From assembly GCA_024626585.2 (NCBI GenBank), contig JANKJI020000004.1, positions 178,654,988 through 178,693,301 of the forward strand: a stretch of 38,314 bases of DNA, read 5' to 3'. Each line of letters opens with the position of its first letter. Position 1 is the stretch's first letter. A program made the position numbers and the translations under genes. The notes under the pieces were generated by a model. That model saw nothing but the letters and a program-made list of their open reading frames with translations, was not told the origin of the DNA and ran no database searches. This document shows, piece after piece, positions 24,700-37,920 of this stretch. Source of the stretch: Ginkgo biloba (Eukaryota; Plantae; Ginkgophyta).

Positions 24700-27600
24700 T
24701 TCTATTGAGAGTCATAGGTGATCTCTCGTTACATATAATTTGACCTATGATGACCCCCAATTTGTGTTACAAATGATGTGCTTCTCTAATCAAATATGAT
24801 CTATAACTACCCTTAGGAACACATAACAAACTAAATTTATATAACAAACCATCCTTGTGGTGATAATCCCTCAACAAATCCTCTTTAACAATAAGAGGAT
24901 ATGACAAATGAGATGAAACATGTTCAAAACCATCATTAATCAAATACAAATATTTCCATTTAATAAAGACAAAATAGGAAGAATGAATTACTTGCAACAA
25001 AGAGTATACTAGTGGTCAAATAATAAAATCTTTGACTATGTTGATGTTTCCCTTTGTGTACTTTATGATGATATAAAAATACTAGAAATATCCCATCCTC
25101 TTAACCAACTTATGATCCTCTATCTTATAATATGAATGAAGGAACTACAAAGGATGATGGTATGAATTAATTATAGTCTCCCTCCTAAGGAGGCAATGCT
25201 TCCAATGCTTTATACCTTTGACTATATGATAAATATCCTTGTGGTATATTCTATACCTGTAAATAGTCTCTAAAAATTACTCTTAAATGATAGGTAACTA
25301 GATTCCCTTTGTGTGTTAGAATTTCTCTCATAGCATGTTCTAATGCATTTTCCTCTACCTCAAAAGAAAATTTAAGATTAGGCATGGAATGAAATGGTGT
25401 TGTAGATAATCAATGCAAATCAAAAGCATCCCAGTGATCTATACCCCAAACAAAGGATTTCTTATCCTTTATGATATAATGTAAAGGATAGTCTATTTCA
25501 TAAATTCCTAGTACAAAATTCCTGTAGAATTTTGCTAATTCCAAGAAGTTGCGCAACTAATGAATATTTGTTTGGTCTCCCCTAATCCCTCAAGACCTTA
25601 ATATTAGAGGGATATACTCTAAAACCTTCCTCATATATAATGAAAACCAAATAAGAAACACTATGCATGGCAAAGTTACACTTCTCCATGTTAGCCTGCA
25701 AATCATGGGCCCTTAATTACTAAAGATTCTGCTTTATATGCCTCACACGTTTCTCCTAAGTATGTATGACTAAAAATCAAGATATTATTTAAATAAAAAA
25801 TTATAAAGGAATCTAAGAAAGGATGTAATACCTCANNNNNNNNNNNNNNNNNNNNNNNNNNNNNNNNNNNNNNNNNNNNNNNNNNNNNNNNNNNNNNNNN
25901 NNNNNNNNNNNNNNNNNNNNNNNNNNNNNNNNNNNNNNNNNNNNNNNNNNNNNNNNNNNNNNNNNNNNNNNNNNNNNNNNNNNNNNNNNNNNNNNNNNNN
26001 NNNNNNNNNNNNNNNNNNNNNNNNNNNNNNNNNNNNNNNNNNNNNNNNNNNNNNNNNNNNNNNNNNNNNNNNNNNNNNNNNNNNNNNNNNNNNNNNNNNN
26101 NNNNNNNNNNNNNNNNNNNNNNNNNNNNNNNNNNNNNNNNNNNNNNNNNNNNNNNNNNNNNNNNNNNNNNNNNNNNNNNNNNNNNNNNNNNNNNNNNNNN
26201 NNNNNNNNNNNNNNNNNNNNNNNNNNNNNNNNNNNNNNNNNNNNNNNNNNNNNNNNNNNNNNNNNNNNNNNNNNNNNNNNNNNNNNNNNNNNNNNNNNNN
26301 NNNNNNNNNNNNNNNNNNNNNNNNNNNNNNNNNNNNNNNNNNNNNNNNNNNNNNNNNNNNNNNNNNNNNNNNNNNNNNNNNNNNNNNNNNNNNNNNNNNN
26401 NNNNNNNNNNNNNNNNNNNNNNNNNNNNNNNNNNNNNNNNNNNNNNNNNNNNNNNNNNNNNNNNNNNNNNNNNNNNNNNNNNNNNNNNNNNNNNNNNNNN
26501 NNNNNNNNNNNNNNNNNNNNNNNNNNNNNNNNNNNNNNNNNNNNNNNNNNNNNNNNNNNNNNNNNNNNNNNNNNNNNNNNNNNNNNNNNNNNNNNNNNNN
26601 NNNNNNNNNNNNNNNNNNNNNNNNNNNNNNNNNNNNNNNNNNNNNNNNNNNNNNNNNNNNNNNNNNNNNNNNNNNNNNNNNNNNNNNNNNNNNNNNNNNN
26701 NNNNNNNNNNNNNNNNNNNNNNNNNNNNNNNNNNNNNNNNNNNNNNNNNNNNNNNNNNNNNNNNNNNNNNNNNNNNNNNNNNNNNNNNNNNNNNNNNNNN
26801 NNGATAAAATTAGGTTCTTATTATTGTCACTATTAAGAATAACTAATAATATCCTATCCTTAACCTATAATATTCAAGTAAAAAATTCCCTCTTAATCCT
26901 TTCTCTTATCCTCAATGTCGACAAAGGAAATAAAAATATTTGGCTCATCTAAGGTAATAGCTAATCTTGTTAGTTTCCTTTTCCCCTTATACTTCCTATG
27001 ATGTAGTTCCCATGGTGCCTTCTCTATATGAATTTTATAGTAGTTAGATTCATTGTGGCATGAATTACCATAATTTTCATTCTTCTTAGACTTATCAAAA
27101 CTTTTACTATTCTTGCCTAAAGTCAAATAATATGGGGGAGTGGTGTTTGCCTTCTTCTTAGTATTACCCTAGAATCCCTATGAAGGCTTCCTCCTTACTT
27201 TAATATTAGAAGAAAACTAATGTTCTTCCTAAATGGTGTGAGGTTGGAATAATTCCACATGATACCTCAAATTATTATGAAAGCCTCCAATAATTTGAGC
27301 ACCACCATGTCTATTAGTTCTTGGATGTCTAACTAAATAGACAATTCTTGGTATTCCTTATATAAGTCCTCTAAACTATGACNNNNNNNNNNNNNNNNNN
27401 NNNNNNNNNNNNNNNNNNNNNNNNNNNNNNNNNNNNNNNNNNNNNNNNNNNNNNNNNNNNNNNNNNNNNNNNNGTATAAAATAATAAATCTGTGGTTGGT
27501 ATTCTTTCTCCTTAGACATATAGAAATATTCTTACTATAGGAGATCCTTTCTTTCCATCTTCAATCAAGAAAATATTATTTACTTCTTATCTATATAATC

Positions 27601-27860
27601 CAAACATGATAAGTATATCTCTAGTTCATAAAACCATATCTCCAAGGACTCAAAATCCATATTTCTATCAAACACCTTAATCTCTACTCTTTATTCATTT
27701 CAAAATGGATTTAGTCTAGTATCTAACTATTTAGGTGGTCCTATGGAAGGATAAAAAGTATGTTCGGGTATATTAGGAACTAAAGATAAAGAAGGAGGTA
27801 TAGTATTATTTACCATAGGTGGTGGAACCACTACATAAGATGAAGTAATCAAATTTTAGA
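24700..27860 (-). mobile_element. Degenerate Ty3/gypsy element: gag (~26803-27860), RT/RNase H (~25000-25835), integrase Zn-binding start (~24700-24900)
   Basis: HDLQANMEKCNFAMHSVSYLVFII, LRNFLELAKFYRNFV, IKHWKHCLL..ETII, IIKYTKGNINIV, KDGLLYKFSLLCVPKGSYRSYLIREAH. The RT-RH-INT order is that of gypsy. The gag assignment is weaker and lies across a gap of about 1 kb. Confidence 0.8.
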
Positions 27861-30674
27861 ATTGAGTCTACATCTATNNNNNNNNNNNNNNNNNNNNNNN
27901 NNNNNNNNNNNNNNNNNNNNNNNNNNNNNNNNNNNNNNNNNNNNNNNNNNNNNNNNNNNNNNNNNNNNNNNNNNNNNATATAGAGAAGGTCAAAGGGTCA
28001 TATTCCTTTTCTTCTCACTTAAAAAATTCTCTTTTTATAAGAAATCTTATGGTAGATTATACATCTATAGATAGTCCTCTTATACTTTCTTCAATTATAT
28101 CAAAATATTCCTTTACCACTATGATTACTAATCCATTTATTTTAAAATTATCATTGTCCAAGACATCAAAGATTAAGCTTTTTCGAGGATACTAGAGATA
28201 AAGGATTGTAATTTATAACTTATTCAAGGGATGGACTCTTTAGAAAATATCAAGTTATAAAGGAAAAGAGTAGATGACCACTCATTTAAGAGGGGGAATC
28301 CATCAAAGAGGGATAGGTAGTGTGTTGAAGCTAGCATAGTTATTTATTAATATTGAAGAAATGTAAAGACGTGGTAAGAGAATAGAGACTAATAAAAATA
28401 GGGAGCATTATGGAGATGAGAATTATATCAAGGTTAGTAATCACTACGAACATAAAGAAAATATAGATCTTTGATCAAAACTACCATATAATCAATTTAC
28501 AGTTATGGATGGAGAGTACCACCTTTATAATCACCTCTATATCACCACTCTTAATGAGTTTCAGACAGATAATGGAAAAATATTGACTATTATTTTGGAG
28601 AAACATGTCATCACCATTCCCAAGTATAATACTAAGAAGGATACCTCCATGTTTGTAGGCATTATTATGAGGTATATTTTTTAATCTATAAATTATTATT
28701 TTTCTATATTATTTAGTAGTTTCTCCATTTGGAGTACTATAAGTGGTATTAAAAATATAACAATCTCAAACTAAGGAAATATATGGTTCAAACAAGACAA
28801 CAAGTCAAGGAAAGTATAGAGCATGGTGAAAGGATTCAACATTTATATGATGATAACTACAANNNNNNNNNNNNNNNNNNNNNNNNNNNNNNNNNNNNNN
28901 NNNNNNNNNNNNNNNNNNGGAATTAACAAGGATCAATCAACTACTAGCAGAGATGAGATAGAAGTTGGATAGTCAATCGAACATGAATAGAAGCTCTAGT
29001 GACTAGACAATAATACATTAGAAAGTTTCAAGAATTAATTATAGCATGTGTGGAAATTTTCCCCCTAGAAATAATAGAGCCACTAATGACTGGGTTTTCT
29101 TCTCAGTCAAGTTTGCTTAATGTTTAAAATGGTCCTTCATCTAAGAGCTTTGTCTGTTTAGGAGAATATGACTGACATAATCTTGGTAGTAGTAGCAAGG
29201 ACTTATTAGACAACAATAGGTACTAGGAAGGAAGGACAACTGCAAAAAAAATAAATGACTCTTGTTTCCTGACTCAACCCAAGGCTGGGGTGACTAAAGG
29301 GAAATACACAGGCGGATTGAGTTTAATAATGGTTTTTGAACAAGTGATATCTTCCCGTTCCTATTTCTATGCAGAGTGGTTTAGATTTGTAGTAATAGTG
29401 TTTCATTTTAGGTTAAGTGCGCAGTGCTAGTTCATGCCTTTAGTNNNNNNNNNNNNNNNNNNNNNNNNNNNNNNNNNNNNNNNNNNNNNNNNNNNNNNNN
29501 NNNNNNNNNNNNNNNNNNNNNNNNNNNNNNNNNNNNNNNNNNNNTTAAAATTAGTTTTATTGATAACCTACCTCTCCTTTGGCATGGAAAAATATAAATC
29601 ACATATGATAACGTGGCACCACAACAACAAGAAATGTGGGATCAAATATTTGTGGGGTTGAACTCCTCACTACAATTTTTTTTTTTCCCTTGATTGATAA
29701 ATAAATGTGTCATGGGAGGAAGGTCATGATCGTGAAAAAGTGTAGAGTTTGTTCAATCCCATAATTATTTGATCGAACAATTATAGGATTGAACAACTGC
29801 TTTTCTTATTCAAATTTTAAAAAATTACGTATTTTTTAATTTAAAATTTTTGGGCAGCTTATTGTTCAACCAAATAAATTGTGTTCTCAAACTTTTGTTC
29901 CTCGAAAAAAAAATATGCCTCATTTGTTTCACTTCACTTTGCCGAAAATGGTGTCACATTATTTTACTTTCACCTAGTTAGGGAAATATGGACAACTAAT
30001 ATAGAAGAAGATTCATGAATAAAATGTCCATGTTTGGGCACATAAGTCCTACCAAGGTAGCATTACTATAAGCCAATAGATGGATTTATGAGGTGTTATA
30101 ATAATGGAGTATGGTCATCATATTTATTCTTCTTAGGGAATTATATCTCTTAATGATACTGTGGAAATATTTCTTGAAAGGAGATTTCATTTGGATAGAT
30201 TATATGAGTTATTATGTTTAGCTTAGTTTAGTGACATTAGCACCAAGCAACTAGCAAGATTCTGTTATCATTTTATATTCACACAACATGATGACTACTA
30301 AACTCTTAATGTAAATATAATAAAGGCCATCATCTCCCAAGAAAAGATGTTATAATCACTTAAAAATCCTAATTTTAATACATCAAACCATATGTTTATC
30401 TTACTCTATTTGGAGTAGATCCCATTTGATTTTAATTCTAATTTTTAGAAATATAACAACATATATTTAGAGTCATTTACATGTAATTGATTCTCCATCT
30501 TGTGTGACATATGTAATGTAACATATTATTATAAAGAAACTGCCATAGTGAATTTATAATAAATGTAATGAGCCNNNNNNNNNNNNNNNNNNNNNNNNNN
30601 NNNNNNNNNNNNNNNNNNNNNNNNNNNNNNNNNNNNNNNNNNNNNNNNNNNNNNNNNNNNNNNNNNNNNNNNNN

Positions 30675-31369
30675 ATTAATTCATTTTAGGTCTCTTTTAA
30701 GCATTTTAAGTGGTGTGTAGATCCCAGCTCTTTGCAGACCTAAATCTCATTCCTACCTTCTACTCCCATGCTACTTATTCAATTTGCCTTGCCTATACTT
30801 TGTTTTATTAAAGGTTATTGGTTAGATTCAAGCTTGGAGGATCATGAAGCGATGGAATCATTGGAGGCTACTCAGTGAGGATAGGATTCAACCAATCACA
30901 TGCCTCTTAGGGTATCTTTGTAATTCCTTAAGAGCTCTCACTTCTTTTAGAGGTTACTTGTGATCTTCTGAGAGTTTCTGAGGGGATTTCACCTTCTAAA
31001 TCCCTATTCTGAGTAGGCTTTGGCCTGCTCCATTTTGAAATAAATTAAGGAATGAATCCTTTATTACTCTCTTGCATTGCTTGGAATTTGGAGAAAGAAA
31101 AGAAGGGAAGGAAATTTAAATATAAATTCATCTTTAAATTAATCAAATTAAGGGGGTCTTTCTTATTTATTTGCTTTCGCATTTAGTTCACGTATTCATT
31201 GCACATAAGACACTCCTTCACATATACATTCACATGTTTGAGGTACGTTAGGGATAAGCCTTGTGCCTCTCAGTTATTTGGGCCAGCCTTTTTAGCTAAA
31301 CTGGGTGGAGAAGTCTTTTCTCCAAATTACATAGACCATAATATCATTATTTTTGTAAATTATTTTACA
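30675..31369 (+). mobile_element. Probable LTR fragment
   Basis: Non-coding LTR-like composition ending in ...ttttaCA. The other end is lost in a gap and no PBS is seen. Confidence 0.3.
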
Positions 31370-31824
31370 ATGATTCCTTAGCATACTTCCTCCTTGTGCT
31401 TGATGAGTGATTTCATATCACTTAAAGTATGAATATGAAGTATTTAATAAAGATTCTAAGAGAGACGAGGCATAGAGTGTTTGACTAATTCTTTTGAAGT
31501 GAATCAAAGAGTTATGGAGATAATTATACGTACTAGAACTTCTTTCTGAACTTTTATTTTAGGTTAAAAATAATAATAATTACCATATCTAGTTTTTTCA
31601 TAGTTTTACTTAATTTATTAAATATATACATTCTATAAGTTATTAGGCAAGGTTTTAAAAAATATGTACTGTAAGCATATTATTATTTGGAAAGTGAAAA
31701 ACATCTAAACTTGTGATCATCGTTAGTACATTCAATTTCCTTTCACTATATCATTTATGTATGTACTAAAGGAATTATGTGATGCATACACAACTAATAT
31801 AATATAACTACATTGTATGTTCTT

Positions 31825-31952
31825 TTGACCATGTGACCTTCCTAATATACATATCCTCACAAGTACACAACTAGTACATATCTACATGTATATTTGATAT
31901 TGAATTGTTTACTTGACCATGTGACCTTCCTAATATGCATATCCTCACAAGT
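31825..31952 (+). repeat. 40-bp direct repeat, two copies (31825-31864, 31913-31952)
   Basis: ttgaccatgtgaccttcctaatat(a/g)catatcctcacaagt, with one mismatch. Confidence 0.9.
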
Positions 31953-31954
31953 GC

Positions 31955-32074
31955 AAAGGGTCATATGACAAGAAATAGGATTATTTATTCTCCACAACAA
32001 TGAATTGGTTAAAAAGGGGCGCATAGAAAACATGATAACTTAGTTGGTGTACTTAAAAGGGGAGGGGAAAACAT
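31955..32074 (+). repeat. Dispersed repeat A, copy 2
   Basis: Aligns by eye with 20821-20946. Confidence 0.85.
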
Positions 32075-33544
32075 AAGAGCTTAGTTTCTTTTCAATGCAA
32101 AGTGTCCATTCAAATTTTAAAATATTATCAATAATTGAATCTTTAACTTCATTAGATAGAAAGATAATTACTTAATAAAATAACTCAATGGGGAACCAAA
32201 ACCCATGTTTAGATTCTTAAATAGTATAACTAAAGGGGTTTGCAATAAATATGTAATCCAACATCTTTGATCCATATTTTAGTGGATGAGTCAAAATCTC
32301 CCAATGTTAGTAATTATGGATTCTTATTTTTAGATTAATTGCTTAGAAATAATTAAANNNNNNNNNNNNNNNNNNNNGTTCCTTTCTGTCAGTTAGCTCT
32401 GATAACCTCTTGATCAATCGACGATCACTACTGATTGACCTAAATAATCAATCAAATAGGAATCCACCAACTTCGGATATCCATAAATTTTTCATGCTGC
32501 ACTCTTATTCCATCTCTGAAGATGGGTCGACTGATATCCCTTCATCCTCTACAGTGGTAGAATCACCACCTATATCTCATCACTTTAAGGTAAGGGACCT
32601 CATGACACATGCCTCTATGATTGAAGTTGTCAAATCTCATGTTAATACTTCACCTCATAGAACCAATTNNNNNNNNNNNNNNNNNNNNNNNNNNNNNNNN
32701 NNNNNNNNNNNNNNNNNNNNNNNNNNNNNNNNNNNNNNNNNNNNNNNNNNNNNNNNNNNNNNNNNNNNAGGCCCTAATATTAATTGATAATCTTTATAAT
32801 GCACCTCTTACTATTAGTTGTAACATTTACAACCTCCTTATATTACTAGTTCTATAAAGAAATTGAATATATTAATGCATGAAAATAAATTTATATGTTA
32901 ACTCTACTTGTTCAATGAATAGGGTATGATGGTGAGCATTTCATATATTATCATATCCTTTTTTAAAATGAGTTACTTATTATAAAATCTAGATTCTCAA
33001 TCTCCTTGCTCCACCAACTTTGTGCATGAAGCTGAAGGGTGGTAAGACATGGAAGAAATTAATTATGGATGTTTTAAGCAGTGGTCAGTCCCACCCAAGA
33101 CTGGGTATACCACCTTGTACATACTCTTCTTTTCTTTAACAGTTTTTCATCTAATCAATTTGCTTTCAAATGGGCAATTGCAATGTTCCTCCAGAAGTTA
33201 CCAAGAAAAAACACACAACTCGCTACACAAATTTGAATGTGAATGTTGTTGACTTATAAATGAGGACATGTTTATAAGGAAAATTATGATGAGGTTAAAT
33301 CATGTTTAAATCATATCATCCAAAGAAAGGATTAGGAATTATTCCAATATGGCTAAGAAGAACACCAATGCAACCAGAAGACTTGAATCCTTCAATTTTA
33401 TGTGAGGAATTAATTGTTGCATCTTAGATTTTTGATCTAGTAAAAATCACACTAATTTTGTGATTCGATTATTGTAGTTTGATACTATTAGAGCATCATG
33501 TGAAGTTAGTCATTGACTGCTTTTGGTTTTTTATCTCCGAGGTG

Positions 33545-33775
33545 TAGTTTTGAAAGGACAATTTTAGAACACAACTATATTATATATGTGCTTTAATATA
33601 AATTCAAATCCATATCATCAAATACTCGAGAAGTCAGAGTCCAAAACTCATATATGGATTTAATGTGAATGTTCCCCTGAGTCCATAGACTCGAATAAAA
33701 ATAGGTCATAATTAATGAGCAACATATAAAGGAATGAGTTATTAAATTTTGGTGAGATGTTCTCTTTAATATAGT
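33545..33775 (+). repeat. Dispersed repeat B, copy 1 (copy 2 at ~36980-37207)
   Basis: Shared attatatatgtgcttt, tcatcaaa, gaagtca, taatgtgaatgttcccc, cataattaatgag, ataaagga and ttctctttaa, in the same order. Confidence 0.85.
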
Positions 33776-34199
33776 ATATGAATTTCCATAAATGATCAAA
33801 TCTCAAGGGGATGAAGGGATGGGACTTGTGAATTTAGAACAAAGACATGTAGTGACATGTGCATTTTCTAGTCCTTCCAATAATCTCATGCATTTCAACA
33901 TGTTAGGTGGGGGAATCCTCCCATACCTCAAATGAAGTTATTAGCATGACAGGGAATTAATATCCAAGGTGAAAAAATGACATCCTTTGAATTAAATGGA
34001 AGTGGCCTATTTATTAGTTGGCTTTAAAATATTTTTCTTTTACAAAGATGATCATTTCCTATGAGACAATTCACATGTTTAAGGCGAATAGAAGAGGTAA
34101 AGTGGGAGTTTAAAATTATGATATCTTGGGCATTATTTGATAACACAACATTTTTTTTAGTTTACTAATCATGGCTAAAATCAGTGTAGAAGGATAAAG

Positions 34200-35457
34200 G
34201 GTTCAAGCATCTACATTTTCTTTATCCATCAAAATATAAGATACTCTAGATATATTCCATGCTAAATTTAGGCTTATGTATGAAGGTTTTATTTATATGG
34301 CCAAAGAAAGAAGAGAAGAAGATATTTTATGGANNNNNNNNNNNNNNNNNNNNNNNNNNNNNNNNNNNNNNNNNNNNNNNNNNNNNNNNNNNNNNNNNNN
34401 NNNNNNNNNNNNNNNNNNNNNNNNNNNNNNNNNAGTGCAAAATAACTATGGGATTCATCAATTTGTTTGTTGGTGGTAGCTTGATCATGAATTTCAAGGG
34501 TGCTAGGACACCAAAGGAGGCTTGGACAACTCTTACTTCCTTTTATGAGCATAATAATGATGTTAAATTTTTAACATTGAGAATTCAATTGTACAACATC
34601 AAACTTAGAGGGTTGATGACATGACATCTACAATAGGTCCCTATACACAACAACATAATGGCGAAGCTAAAAGGCTGAACCAGAACTTAGTTGAAAAAGA
34701 CAAGATCATGTTGAAATGTAAAAATATGATGAACTATCTTTGGGAATAAGTTGTATGTATGACACCTTACATAATGAATAGGAGTCCAACAAGACAAGTG
34801 TGGAGTACAATAGCATTGTGAAAAGACACTACAATAAGCCACTATTTTTTTTGGGGGTGTACTACATATATGCATACCCTAAAGGNNNNNNNNNNAAATA
34901 TCATCAAAATAATGACAAAATTTCTAAGTGTATCTTAGTAGGATATTTTGAAGAAATCAAAGCTTATCGGGTGTTTGAGTTGAATACTAGAAAGGTACAA
35001 GTAACTCATAATGCCATCTTCAATTAAGATAATAAAGAATGGATTTGGGTTTAGTGGATGATATGAAGATTGTCGAGTTACAACCATAATGCAGTTCTTC
35101 AAGAGAGGTTAAAAATATTGAGGAACCAGAGGCTAAGNNNNNNNNNNNNNNNNNNNNNNNNNNNNNNNNTAGTGAGGTGGCATATGAGAGATTCAATTTT
35201 GAGGAGGTAGAGTCTAAAGGGACTTCTTCATTACTAAGACTAGATATTATTGCACTAATAGAAAAACCTATTTCAAAGTGGTACACTTTAGTCATAAAGG
35301 ATGCATAAGAAAATTTTCCAGCAATAGAGGATAAGAAAAGTCAAAGATGAGACCAAAATAGGTTAATTTTTTTCTAATGGCATAATGTTTGAGTGTAGAT
35401 GAGCCTTCCAATTTTGAGGAGATAAGTAAGGAGGAAAAGTAAAATGCTATAATGGAT
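34200..35457 (+). mobile_element. Ty1/copia remnant: gag, integrase, start of RT; large internal deletion
   Basis: GARTPKEAWTTLTSFYE..NDVKFLTLRIQLYNIKL (gag). YTQQHNGEAKRLNQNLVEK..., MNRSPT and KCILVGYFEEIKAYRVFELNTRKVQVTHNAIFN (integrase). DEPSNFEE (pre-RT). The INT-before-RT order is that of copia. Confidence 0.88.
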
Positions 35458-36013
35458 NNNNNNNNNNNNNNNNNNNNNNNNNNNNNNNNNNNNNNNNNNN
35501 NNNNNNNNNNNNNNNNNNNNNNNNNNNNNNNNNNNNNNNNNNNNNNNNNNNNNNNNNATATCAACTATATCAACTGCACACCTCCAACCATTTTCCCACG
35601 GCATTTGGAAATGTATGAAATGATATTTTTGCTATTATTCATTATTCTTCATGGATATGTTCTACTCACTATACCCTCTTTTTTACTATCTATTCTACAA
35701 CCATGGTAACACATAGGTATTCATCTCTACGATACTTTATTTCAACTTTGGCGAGCAAGGTTCTTTCTCTTGTCTATTATCTCCGAATATTTTTGGTGTC
35801 TCTTCTTTTCCAAAGTCTAGTCTCTTACCCATGGCATTTTATAGTTGCCCACTACATTTGGGATCACCAATAGCCTTCCATGGTTTCCTATAAGCCTGTC
35901 AGGAACATGTAATAACTCACAACCAAACCATGTTATGAATGAGGTCACTCATGCTTGTTCTCTTCTCTCAAAATTCAATTTTTTTCATAGGCAATTAATC
36001 AATGCCAATTATG

Positions 36014-36025
36014 GCTCTGATACCA
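36014..36025 (-). mobile_element. tRNA-Met primer-binding site
   Basis: Minus strand CA|TGGTATCAGAGC, a perfect match. Confidence 0.9.
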
Positions 36026-36218
36026 TGCTAAAATGGTATACAAAACACTTGCACAAGTATATATGTGAAAATTCCACACATTCAAGTGATTAATAATGTC
36101 AAGTTTACTGTATAAATATTCAATCTATAACCCTTTGTACTAATAAATGTGACTCTAGATATCTAACCCTTAGTTAACACTCAGTTAAATAAATATAATA
36201 ATATGCATTATTCTAGCA
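36026..36218 (-). mobile_element. Short LTR, 193 bp
   Basis: TGCTA...TAGCA terminal inverted repeats. PPT (attatgggggag) lies immediately 5' and the PBS immediately 3' on the minus strand. Confidence 0.75.
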
Positions 36219-36979
36219 CTCCCCCATAATGTATATTTGGGTTTACATCTAACATGTCCCTTATCACCAAGGGATCTTCTTTAGGATTTTGTCTTCGACC
36301 TTCTACAACTCCTTTGTATTATAGTTCTTTCTTTTCTCAAATGTGGTCCTACTTACTACTTCCATTAGTACTCTATTGCCATCCACCTGATGAATCATCT
36401 CCCGATTCACCTCATCACCTGCATGCTCATCCATAAGTAATATGCTACAAGTTTCACTTCCTTCACCTAAAATTATATCTCACTGACTATAAAATTCAGA
36501 TGTGGTTGAGACCCAAATATCATGAATCCTTCATTTTTTTTCTTCACATAAGACCTCCTTCATCTCTTCACATAGTATTCATGTTGTTCTATATCTTTGT
36601 ATGAATTATTTGTTGANNNNNNNNNNNNNNNNNNNNNNNNNNNNNNNNNNNNNNNNNNNNNNNNNNNNNNNNNNNNNNNNNNNNNNNNNNNNNNNNNNNN
36701 NNNNNNNNNNNNNNNNCCCCTAATTTGTGCTACAAGGAATATTAGAATATTAGAAAAGTTATAATGTAATAAGTTTCATAATACATATGACATAAATTAG
36801 AATACATTATCTATTACTATATTAGTTGTCAGTAGGTTATAGGTTAGTTGGGAAGAGAACCCTATATAATAGGGATTGGAAATCATACATAGCTATTAGA
36901 GTTTATATCATTTTGTATTGAGTTTAATTAATATAAATNNNNNNNNNNNNNNNNNNNNNNNNNNNNNNNNNNNNNNNNT

Positions 36980-37207
36980 TTTATAAGGATAGTTTTTCAA
37001 CCTGACTAGATTATATATGTGCTTTGATACATATTTGAATTTGTGTCATCAAAGAGTCAGGAAGTCAAAGTCTAGAACTTAGACATGGCTTGCATAATGT
37101 GAATGTTCCCCTTAGTCTACAAAATCAAATAAAAGTAAGCCATAATTAATGAGTGACACATAAAGGATCAAGTAATCATATTTTGTTGAGAGATTCTCTT
37201 TAACATA
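36980..37207 (+). repeat. Dispersed repeat B, copy 2
   Basis: Aligns by eye with 33545-33775; bounded by gaps. Confidence 0.85.
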
Positions 37208-37239
37208 NNNNNNNNNNNNNNNNNNNNNNNNNNNNCCTC

Positions 37240-37920
37240 TTAGATGTTTATTTGGTGAACATGGATGGTGAGGAAAGAGTCATATGTAAATTGGCCATTA
37301 GTCATCTATTTCCCTCCTAAGGGAGGTAGAATTATACCACATATATTTATCTAATCCACCTTATGCTCTATCAGATATGCTAAGGCATCTGCTGCTAGGA
37401 CATAGAGGGATGAATTCAAGGGACAACCTTATCTTATAGACATAAAGACACTAACGACTGTCAATTTTATAACATTCATAAAGACCTTGGAAAAGGAGTC
37501 AAAAAATAAAATTTTGGTCATCCTAAGGAAGTACTATGTAAATCCCAATGATGAGAGCATCATAAGGATGAAGTCCTATTCCATTCTATCATAGGCCTTC
37601 TTAAAGTTAATTTTTAGGAATTCTTATCTATCTAGACCATTCTATTCCTTCCTAGACACTAATAATATTATCGAGGATGTATCTTCCCTTGATCAAGAAA
37701 ATTTTCTCAATCTTAATAACTAATGGGAGAATATGCTTAATTATTTAAGCTATATTCTTAGACAAGATTTTGTATGAAATATACTTGATTGTTGGGCCTT
37801 CAGTTTAAAACCCTATGAGATTCATGCTAGAGGATAATTATTATTTATGAGACTATGGAACTCAAGAACACCTAGTAAGGCATGGGGATCCTGGGGAATT
37901 GAACCCATATTAGGTAGTTA
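37240..37920 (-). mobile_element. LINE ORF2 reverse transcriptase remnant
   Basis: N*RP...ISYKILSK, IKGRYILDNIISV*EGIEW, FLKINFKKAYDRME*DFILMML..LGF and SIR*GCPL...YVLAADAL are non-LTR RT motifs. The element probably extends toward the window end. Confidence 0.85.

Noticed and set aside
29990-30430. Faint gypsy integrase-like traces
   Set aside because: Too degraded to support with clear motifs.
31825-31952. 40-bp repeat-spacer-repeat as CRISPR-like
   Set aside because: Only two copies, a eukaryotic context and no cas genes.
33130-33240. Acceptor-like ttaacAG followed by FSSNQF, a possible further LRR exon
   Set aside because: The rest does not fit the LRR consensus and there is no donor at 72 bp.
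3051-35709. Numerous ORF-track entries containing X runs
   Set aside because: Their length comes from N gaps, so they are not evidence of genes.
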